Positions 53,001 through 62,995 of a stretch of 64,000 nucleotides of DNA are shown here, piece by piece (within the stretch, counting starts at the first letter, position 1; each line of letters begins with the position of its first letter). The DNA lies in assembly GCA_032718475.1 (NCBI GenBank), contig JAUCBJ010001071.1:107494-171493 (forward strand), written 5' to 3'. This stretch comes from Nemertoderma westbladi (lineage: Eukaryota > Animalia > Xenacoelomorpha). The translations under genes were made by a program, and so were the position numbers. Under the pieces are notes generated by a model. It searched no databases. It was not told where the DNA came from and saw only the letters and a program-made list of their open reading frames with translations.

Positions 53001-54864
53001 TAGCGGCACTGGCTGTTTCAGCTGACGGGGCTCTGTCGAAAAACGCGTCCCTGATGCAGTAAGGGCCCTCTTTTGAGGAGCAATGGAGCAATATTATTAT
53101 TGCCGCGGAACTGCTTCTACTCTAGGCCAGACCTAGCCAGAAGTAGAATCCTCACCAACCATCAACACGAATAGATGAATCTGACACTTGCCCCAACACA
53201 CCCCCCCCCCCCCCCCCCCCCCGCCCCAATGACGCAGAGGCAGACCAACAACACACCTCTTCACCTCTACCGATGTCGGAGAGTAAAATACCACTCATTA
53301 TAGAATACAGGATAAGTTTGATCCAAGCAATGCAACGAAACCTGTAAGTTAGAAAATGCATGGTCCCAATATTTGCAAAATAATTACAAAGTCCTAGTCC
53401 GAGTGGCCCACACCCGCTCACGTGTGCCCACTGCGGATCTTCCGTAGTAAACCAATTTGGTCAGGTCAAATCCAAACATTCACTGGAGATCACCAAATGG
53501 GGCGCTATGTGAAATACCGTGCAGACACGATGATGAAATATATCTTACGAAATATGGTTAATAATTAAAACGTGTCGCTAACATTCTCGCTGTGGGGGTT
53601 TTAAGGGGTGCTGATTACATTTCTGATGTCAGTTTTCACGTTTACATAAATCTAGTCTGTCTGGCTGTTGGTCTGTCGGTCTTTCTGTCAGTCAGTCTGT
53701 CAAAACTTAAGAAAGTATACTAACTAACCAACATTCCCGCTATGGGGGTGTTAAGGGTTGCTGATTTCATTTCTGATGTCAGTTTACACGTTTACATAAA
53801 TCCAGTCTGTCTGTCTGTCGGTCTTACTGTCAGTCTGTACTACTGTACTGTGGTTGGCATTACGCCATATACCTAACATTGATAATACAGTCTACAATAA
53901 AGCCTATCCTATCTACAGTACAGAATGGATTTTTTGCCATGAAGAGCACTAAATGTCTTTAATACTATCCACCAGTATACCTAGACCAAGAGCCTTCCAA
54001 TAAAACATGTATTGCAGCATGACGTCCACTGCATGTCTTAGTGTTGTCCATGGTGACATGCACTGGACGTCATAGGCTCTAAGGGGTTAAGCAATACGGT
54101 CCCTACTTCGCCCTGTCGACACCCCAGCCATTCTTCACCAATCCTTTTTTAGAGTTTTTAAATTTTTTTGTTATTGGTGAAAGTTCTAGAACATTAGTAG
54201 ATATGTTCTTTATGATAGCTACCGGTAGTGTTTTTTGCTAGCTAGTATTTTTAGAAATTATAAAAAATGTGAAAGTCCATGATATTTCAGGTTAAACTGT
54301 TGAAGAATATATTAATGACCAAAATAATTTCCAAAAATTACTAGCTAGTAAAAAATACTAGCTATATACCATAAAAAATCTACTAAGGTTCTAGAACATT
54401 CACTAATATAAAAAAGCAATCAAAATCACAAAAAATAAAGGTTAAAAAACTCATTCGGGACTCTTTTGCTTAAGGAGTCAAAATTGTAGAACAAAATTAC
54501 CGAAGTTTGCGACGTTTGCGAAATTCGCGACGTTTGCGAAATTCGCGAAGAATCCGTCAGTTTCTGTGCCCTAATGGGTTCGTGCCAAAACAATCAAATC
54601 TTACACACTTAACACACACGAACTAATTTAAAGTGGGTATTAGTATGCCTGAATAATTAAATAGAAATTAAGTTAATGAACGCTATTTCAACATGAAATC
54701 TACGGAATCAATACACAACACACGCACACTACTGAATTTAAAAATTTATAAAGATTGCAACTTATATTTGCCTACCTTTTAATGGGTGACTAATTTAATT
54801 ATTCAACCCTATATATTTGTAGCCTTTTTAATTTGTGCCTTTAATTGAATCAAACATTAAACAT

Positions 54865-55100
54865 ACAATATTGCAATGTTCTGGAGTTAATATACGGAAA
54901 TAATAACCTGAAGCGAATAAAACTGAATAATCACTGATGCCGTTCCTGAAGCAAATTAACCTGTATAATTACCGAGGCCGTAGGCCGAGGTTATTATATT
55001 AGGTTAATTTGCTGAAGGATAAGGCAGAAGTGATTATTACAGTTTTATTCGCTGAAGGTTTTTATTTCCGTATATTAACTCTAGAACATTGCAATATTGT
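54865..55100. repeat. 236-bp imperfect palindrome downstream of the recombinase gene
   Basis: Arms ACAATATTGCAATGTTCT.. and ..AGAACATTGCAATATTGT, centre GGCCGTAGGCC at 54976-54986. Confidence 0.93.
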
Positions 55101-55310
55101 GTTTATTGTTAATTTGAGCATATTGGAAGTACTACTAGCGTAGTGTATGCGTTTAAAGCCAATTTTTAGGATGAGTTCCAATACAACATGGTTATTTAAT
55201 TTATTATTTCACAGTTAAATAGTATGTTAAGCATATTATACTGTATCATTTTATAGTATTTTTAATGTTATTACGAAGAAAAACGCCTAATGAAATTACA
55301 CCGATACAAG

Positions 55311-56957
55311 CTATATTTTGTAATAATTTATATTGACATTTGAGTTATTTATAATAGGTGGAGGAAATGTAGACGGGTAATTATAATTCCTCATCAAACC
55401 AAAGTTTATCCCTGAGCCTCCAACACCTGGGTATCCTGGACCTCCAACACCCTGTACACCTAGACCAACACCTGTGAAGGCTGACCCTCCTACACCACGA
55501 AATCTTTGACTTCCAACATCTGGGTGTCCTGGACCTCCAACACCCTGTACACCTAGACCAACACCTGTGAAGGCTGACCCTCCTACACCATGAAATCTTT
55601 GACTTCCAACACCTGGGTATCCTGGACCTCCAACACCCTGTACACCTAGACCAACACCTGTGAAGGCTGACCCTCCTACACCACGGAATCCTTGTCTTCC
55701 AACACCTTGTATACCAGGATCTCCAGCACCAGTAAACGCCCTGAAACCTGGATTGAGAAATTGTCCTCCACCTAAATGTCCAACACTCTCTACTTCTTCA
55801 AGAGCCGCGACAAGCAATTCATCATCATCATTGGCAATGACATGGATATCCATTTCAGGAGCAAAGTTGTCGATATTGTCTATTCTACGTTTTTTTGAGA
55901 AGACAGATGACAAGCTGTCAAACATTTCTTTCTTTTTAATTTCAGAGCATTTAGGGGCATATGCCCGAATGCTTCCTTCGTTCTTGTGCGCGGTCAAAGC
56001 GCAAATATGCCTCGCTTCAAATCCTGCCTGGTCTAAATGTGTAATGCAGGTGGCACGAATGCAGTGGTTGGTGTATTTTTGACTAAGCTCTAAGTTAACA
56101 CAGAGATTGGTCATAAATCCAGCTAATGTGTTGCGTCCAACAATCCTTCCTTCATACCACATTTTGTCTCTCACTTGTGGTTTCTGGCGTGGCTTCTGCC
56201 ACAAACAAGCACTTTGAGAACTTAGCTTTGATACATACAACTCATATGAGTGCAGCGGGCATTGATCGTCGTCAGGGTTTTCATAAAGCCGCCCTTCGTT
56301 TGCAATAGCCGTGTCATTGCGGACATGATTCTTATCAAGCTCATCCATTCCTTGTTCTAAATAGCGTAATCCAGTGGAATGGTCTACTTGAATAGCAAAA
56401 GTGCTTTTAGTCATTCCATAGAGATTTTCTCTTCCCCTGCGACAAAAGAAATATAGTATATAGAACAATACACTTTGCTGAAGCTTCTTAGGTTCACAAA
56501 GAGTTTTATCTATTGTGAAGTATTCCTTTATCTTTATAAGATCTTCTTCAATGATTTGCCTCTTATTCATTATAACGGCCTTTCCTTGCTTTTTTGTTTC
56601 TACACTCATCGCCGTAAACATCAGGTTAGCTTGACTAAACTCACTATCGCTAACTATATCAATATTGCGCTCGATTTTGAAATGTCTATTTAAAGATGCA
56701 CGGATGGCTTTCAGTGAGGTGAGTTTGTAAAAAGAATTATCTTCCTTTCGAATATTTGAATAAAATTCAAAGAGCAAACTAGGTAGATCGTCATTGCTCA
56801 ATGATGAAAGATCTCCTTTACCAGTTTCTTTCAGATACGATTGTAGTATCGCTATATGAGAACTCGTAGCAAGTTTGGTATTTTTGCTAATTCTATTATC
56901 TATTAAATAATTCTGTCTTTCAACAGAAACACTTTGGAATCTGTTTGTATAAGACAT
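55311..56957 (-). CDS. Crypton-type tyrosine recombinase (DUF3504/ZMYM/KCTD1-related) with Gly-rich tail
   Basis: Catalytic residues present: CRRGREN (R), DKNH (K), TNHCIRAT (HxxR), TAHKNEGSIRAY (H..Y); N-terminal FYSNIRK..YK..SL..IRASLNRH; uninterrupted 548 aa. Confidence 0.92.
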   Translation of the reverse strand: MSYTNRFQSVSVERQNYLIDNRISKNTKLATSSHIAILQSYLKETGKGDLSSLSNDDLPSLLFEFYSNIRKEDNSFYKLTSLKAIRASLNRHFKIERNIDIVSDSEFSQANLMFTAMSVETKKQGKAVIMNKRQIIEEDLIKIKEYFTIDKTLCEPKKLQQSVLFYILYFFCRRGRENLYGMTKSTFAIQVDHSTGLRYLEQGMDELDKNHVRNDTAIANEGRLYENPDDDQCPLHSYELYVSKLSSQSACLWQKPRQKPQVRDKMWYEGRIVGRNTLAGFMTNLCVNLELSQKYTNHCIRATCITHLDQAGFEARHICALTAHKNEGSIRAYAPKCSEIKKKEMFDSLSSVFSKKRRIDNIDNFAPEMDIHVIANDDDELLVAALEEVESVGHLGGGQFLNPGFRAFTGAGDPGIQGVGRQGFRGVGGSAFTGVGLGVQGVGGPGYPGVGSQRFHGVGGSAFTGVGLGVQGVGGPGHPDVGSQRFRGVGGSAFTGVGLGVQGVGGPGYPGVGGSGINFGLMRNYNYPSTFPPPIINNSNVNINYYKI

Positions 56958-57874
56958 TTATATTTGTCTTTGTATTATTATTATACTATAGCTCATGCCA
57001 CTACATTAATTTGTATTAAATATAATGTAATGTATATTTTCTAGAATCCCGTATCAGAGCAATTTATAAGAAAAGAGTATAATTTTAACATTTATAGAAC
57101 ATTTTTTTAAAATTATACGATTTTTTTAAAATTATACGATTATAATTTTAGCTAGTTTCCGTAGCAATATGCGAAAATTAACAATAAACTAAAATATATG
57201 TCACAATATTGGTCTGTCGGTAGCTGGTCAATGAATCCCTCATAAATTTGTTAATTAGTCGCTGCTCAGTCATTGAACATTTTAACACGTGCTGCTCGAA
57301 GACCCCACAACGTGTATTTATTTGGATGTGTATTTGTGTTGTGTTAAAAATCGATTATAGGATAGCGGTATGGAGGCAAATTATTCATATGAAGTTAATT
57401 ATTCTAGAATAATATTTATTTCGCCCATACCTGTACCATAGAGCTGTAGCTAAAAACAAATATAGCTAGCTAAATACTGCCAGGCGTTTCAGTAATCTAT
57501 TTTTTAATTGTTTTTACAGCGAACAATGCGGGATGGGTAGATTAGCACTAGATGGTAATTTTTTTTTTGTCAGTTCACTGTAAAGTGTTACTGGTACTAG
57601 TGTTGCCCGTGTCACCATTATTCTGCCTTTAATAATAGCTGTATTTGGTTTGACATCCAAAAATATCAAAATACCAAAAAATACCAAAACATAATGTTTT
57701 GGGCTATAGGTTTATGTTCTTGACATATTTTGGCTAGTTACATTTGAAAAAAAAAATGTTTTAAAGAAAATAAAAACAAATGTTTGTGATAGCTAGTGTT
57801 TTCAATGGTATGTACTGTTTTAATATTGTAGCTAGTGTTTTTATAAAATACCACAAAATCTTATTTTTTGATGC

Positions 57875-58155
57875 CATTTCAGATGCCATTACACCAACGC
57901 ATGTGGTAGAAGTAAAATGTCCAACATCAAAACATGCCATTCAAGAATCGTATATTATCACAATCGAATATCGTAAGTGATAAATTCATGGCACAAATCC
58001 AACTTGAAATGCTTCCAATCCATCTTTTGAAATGAATGGCGAAGTGAAAATAGTTGAAGTATCATATGATTCCATATACATGCAAAGTTTACTGAAAAGT
58101 AGTCCTAGCTTCTGGAAGGAATATATATTTCCCAAAATTGTGAAAAAGTAGATAA
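57875..58155 (+). pseudogene. YqaJ/lambda-exonuclease-like fragment
   Basis: DAIT..VVEVKCP, then in shifted frames KFMAQIQLEM and FWKEYIFPKI. Confidence 0.55.
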
Positions 58156-60545
58156 TTAAAAATGTAAATTATACAGTAGTTATAGTTCAACTAAATTCTG
58201 ATTAATGCTGATTGTATTGAGATGGCAGCTGAAGATATTTTTACTACGTCATCCATTACAGCTACACATCGACTAACTATCAACTATCAATTGGAATTCA
58301 ATAATTTAACTTGTATAAAAATAATTACAATCGAAAAAGTGCGAATCCACAATCTAATCCAAAGTAATCTAAGTTTTGAAGCTTAATGAAACATCAATAA
58401 GCTACTGGATTTCTACCACCTGGCAGTTTTAGCTACAAAATATGTTTTATTTTAATAGCTAACAACTGTATAGTTTGGGAAAAATAATTATTATTCTGGA
58501 ATAATTAACTTGTCATGAATCAATTTCCACATTAAGATATCAAATAATGTATTCTTAACACAACACAAAAACACACTAAATAAATATTAGCTACACAATT
58601 TATTTTAGTTACTAAGAGATTTATATTGTATAGTAACCAATGAACATTTACTGCTGCACTAGTGACGTCACTAGTGCAGTTTTCTGAAACGGCCTGATTT
58701 TTCGATGTTGCTAATTATGCGTTTTAAAATCGCTATAACTCAGCCAATATTAAATTTTTTTGAAGTAAAATTGCTCTCTGGGGTTTTTTCACATGCTCTT
58801 TCACATGAAACCAACGAAAACTCGAAAAAAAATTTCCGAGTCGTCTACCCCATTTTACTTTCCTTAGAGAAAAAGAGAGTTAGCCATAGACCACCTGTAC
58901 ATAGGCCTTGGATTGTAGTCCACGAAATATCGAAGTTTATCTCGAAATCTCGACGTGGCTATGAAGCTAAACTGGCCTCCGGCAAAATAGATGTTGGTAC
59001 ATGGCGGAATGCAGCAAAACATGCAAACAAGCATCGGCATTCATCTCCTGGGAAGGACCACCGCAGGTAAGGTGCTCATATCAAATAAGGCCTACAGTTT
59101 ATTTTCACTACGCTTACACACCTACTTGTAAGCAGGTTAGTAAAGAAGCAGGTTGCAGAGGTGGGTTGAAAAACCAAAACAATAAACCATAACTATATTC
59201 AATTGTAGGAAACTCAATTAAATTTAGAATCAACAGCTTGTGAATCAACAGTCAGCTGTATAGACCAATAGGATTACAGGTGGGTGAGTACAAAACAAAG
59301 ACTAAAGACCTGTACAAAACACATGTGTTAACTTTCGTTTATTGTTTTGGTTCCCCCAACACGCCTCTGTAACCTGCTCCTTTAAATGGCAATGGGACAT
59401 AACGCTCTTTGGGACCTAAACGCTACTTTACCTCTTTGTTTTGTACAGGTCTTGAGTCTTTGTGTTTTGTTTTGTACTCACCCGATTACAGGTACAGAGG
59501 CAGGGTGTACAGTAGTAGCCCTATGCGTAGCTTTTACCCCCTATATTTTCTTACAGTTGCACCTAAGGGCATAATATTTTGATCTCATATCATCGGCATC
59601 GCGTTGGACAACTAAATATATTCTGACTGCAAAATGCTTTACCTCAATTTAACATAAAACATGCTTTTAACATTAAAACATGCAAACATATTTTTCGGTG
59701 TCAAATATGATCTTATTGAAATTTAAACTACCTTGGGGTTTCGTAAATTTTTTTATACTTACCGGTATTTATACATTTTTTAGAGCGTAGGCCCTAGTGT
59801 TTTGAATGTCAATAGGCTACCATTAGTGTCTCTCATTTTACTGTAATTCTAAAATAAAAAAAAAACATTTATTAAGGAAAAGCTATATTTTTATATATAT
59901 ATTTATTAATGGTGTTGCGCTAGTGTAAGTATGTTTGTGTTTGTTAGGAAAACTACGAAAATTTAAATTGGTCATGGATGAATTCTCCAATCGGGACATG
60001 GATGAGTCTGAATTGTTGCTCACTGAACATTGAAATTTCAGATTTCATTGAACATGGCACATATTTGCAACCACAATACAGTTATTTAAATATTGATTGT
60101 TAATATTGTATATTACTCTGTTATAATATAAAATTACGTTGATAAAATTAACATTAGAATCATACAGTAAATTAATTAAGACCTGTGAACTGCAGTTTAA
60201 TTAATTCGAAAACAATCAGAGTTAGAAGGCCTACCTATTCGCCCATGTGATGAATACCAGGATTTCACTTTTCGGTCGACTTTTTATTGGAATTTTATAT
60301 ATTAAGATTTTTAATTTTTTTAATTTATCTTTATTAAGTGTTTTATAGCGCGTATTTCTATCTTATAACCTGCACATATACTAATTCGTTTATTGTTTTG
60401 GTTAGATTCAGCCGTTTCTGTAACCTGTGTTTTTGGTGAAAACCTGGTATTCTTCACATGGGGGTAACTACAAAGTGAAATATAACGGCAGAAAGTCTGG
60501 TATTCTTCACATGGGCCTACAGTCCTACACGCTACCTATTTTAAT

Positions 60546-61031
60546 CTAATTTACAGATACAGATAATGATTTATTTCCTTCAATATCTTTACCAGTATGC
60601 GATTCCGCAATAATCACATATTTTCCGGGAAATATAATAAGGTGAACCGCACCTTTGAGCGTCAATAACAGAGGTCCAATCCAAACCCAATGACTCTCCC
60701 CGTTAAATTCTTCTTTGTAAACTGCGCCCAGAGTAATGGCCACTGTAGACCCGATGATCACGACTTGGACCAATAAAAGCCCGATAAATCTCAACAGTCT
60801 AGCCAATCTGAGGTGAGTGGGTCGCCATTTTCGTTGTAACTGTGCAACATGTACCGCCAAGGATATACAGTTAACCGCACCCCCAATAGTAAACCAAACT
60901 ATTTTGCCAACGTTGTTAATAGCGACACTAAAATACACAATCATAGAAAGTGCAATGATGATTCCAATAATAGTGAGTATAATTCGGAATAAGATAGGAC
61001 ATTTTTCGTTGGGTTTTTTGCACAGGGCCAT
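60546..61031 (-). CDS. Four-TM membrane protein, heme transporter HRG1 (SLC48A1)-like, intronless
   Basis: 161 aa, four hydrophobic helices, His at the end of TM2 followed by Q..W, and ESHW..TLK.A in TM4, as recalled for HRG1. Confidence 0.55.
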   Translation of the reverse strand: MALCKKPNEKCPILFRIILTIIGIIIALSMIVYFSVAINNVGKIVWFTIGGAVNCISLAVHVAQLQRKWRPTHLRLARLLRFIGLLLVQVVIIGSTVAITLGAVYKEEFNGESHWVWIGPLLLTLKGAVHLIIFPGKYVIIAESHTGKDIEGNKSLSVSVN

Positions 61032-62540
61032 TACAGGTTATAATTGTTAAATACAACTAATCAATTAAGTTAAGTAGAACTAGAGTATTAATGGGTGGGA
61101 GGGAGAGGGGGTCACAAAAAATACGAATTTAATAAATAAAAAAACCGTGGTTTAGCGCTTTCTTTTCACTTCTATTATAGGAAAGGAGCAGGTTACAGAT
61201 AGTGAAGTACTTTCAACGTATTCACCCCCCCCCCCCCCTCCCCAGAGGGAAAATCGAAGCAAAAAACAGATGATTACTATTGACCTTCGTTTATTGTTTT
61301 GGTTCGCAACCAGTCCTCCCTCCCCTTATTGAAGGTATTAGACCTATAGGCTAATTTACATGGCAACATTTTGGGCAAGTTGGTCAGCAACAACAACTAG
61401 CAACTTAATTTTGACAACTTAACTTAATATGGCACCTTTTTAACAGCAACTTCGTGTTTCTACGGCGCAAATTGATCCGTAACCTAAACCGTCACCAAAG
61501 TTGCTGACAAAGTTGCCCAAAGAGTTGGCTCGTGTGTCGTGTAAACCGGCTCTAAGAGATCATTAATTAATTACAACATAATTCTTAATCTGCAAAATTA
61601 TACTTCAAATTTTAATATTAGGCCTATGAAGATAAACTAAAAAAAATCTAAATTTAAACCAATCCGGCCAAACCGAATTAAACCATCCACTCCAGGAGAA
61701 ACTAACAAATATCATATATCTGATTAGCTAATTGTACAGTACAAGATGATACAGTAATTATCCAATAAAACAGTATTTTACATATGTCAGGCAATATCTC
61801 TGCCTTGTTAGAAGCAGCAAGACCAATAATGAACACAATACAAATAGGCTACTACAGAACTACCAACGAATACGATGATGGTGCACTAGTCACAGTACGG
61901 TCACCATGGTACACAGCTTCTGCTAATGCGTCGTTCTTATTGGCTCCTAGGTGAGTGATTGTTAGAATTAGTTATGATATGTGGGCCTTTACCACTTTTT
62001 AATGAAAGAGCCTGGCGTTGACCCAACATTGCTATACATCTTTATCACAGGCCTACCGAGATAAGAATCGCCTTACTACCACGACTGTACTACTGTTCCT
62101 AAAATAATGAAAAGCAATATTATAGACAAAGTAATAGAGTAATATTCTATTACAGTACTGTTGTACCATTGCATATTAATATTGCTACAGTTTATTGGCT
62201 TAACAATAAATTTGTGCTGCTACCATGCAATTCACAATCGGCCTGCTGCAATGCAGCTTGCCTTTAAGCCTCACTCCATAAGGCTACTAAAGCATAAGAT
62301 TGTGCACAGGCAGGTCCTCGCGGCGAAAGCAATGTCCTGCGAAGCGGAGGCGGCTTTGTTCAAGTGTCAAGCTGGTTGGGTGCAATCTTCGCTCGTGTAC
62401 AACCTTACTGGGTCTCATCAGCGTGGTGTCGGATGGTAAATGGCAGCTGTCTTTGAAATTAATTCTCCATATCTCAAGAACCTGTGGCCTAGTGGTTGTA
62501 GTCTCCGCTTCCACCTCGAGGTCCCAGGTTCGAATCCGAC

Positions 62541-62583
62541 ACCACGCTGATGAGACCCAGTAAGGTCGAAACGCGTACGTGGT
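62541..62583 (+). ncRNA. Minimal type I hammerhead ribozyme
   Basis: Same sequence as 38932-38974. Confidence 0.92.
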
Positions 62584-62952
62584 TTGGAGAGATATGAGAT
62601 ATTAATTTCAAGATAAATTACGCGATTCCTAAATTTGTACACTACCTGGTTAAAAAGTACGCATGTGATGGGATTAGTCCTACAATTGCGCCAATAAAAG
62701 ATAAGTTATTTTCGGTAAAATAAACTTATCATTCGAGGTTAAGACCCCTAGATCCCTTCCTATAATAAATGCATAATAACAAACACCTCGAAAAATACAG
62801 CTTGCCAACACATTGTTACTATCAATAATAAAAAAATCAGGGGCTAATAAAATGGCAGCTGTCTTTGAAATTAATACTCCATATCTCAAGAACCTGTGGC
62901 CTAGTGGTTGTAGTCTCCGCTTCCACCTCGAGGTCCCAGGTTCGAATCCGAC

Positions 62953-62995
62953 ACCACGCTGATGAGACCCAGTAAGGTCGAAACGCGTACGTGGT
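62953..62995 (+). ncRNA. Minimal type I hammerhead ribozyme
   Basis: Same sequence as 38932-38974. Confidence 0.92.

Larger units (their letters stand above)
50522..58854. mobile_element. Large non-autonomous TIR element with ~190-bp TIRs (Transib-like CACAATG end) and nested insertions
   Basis: 50525-50715 is the near-perfect reverse complement of 58663-58854; left end CACAATGGGGTAGACG; right end lacks the terminal GTG, so the TSD cannot be checked. Confidence 0.75.
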
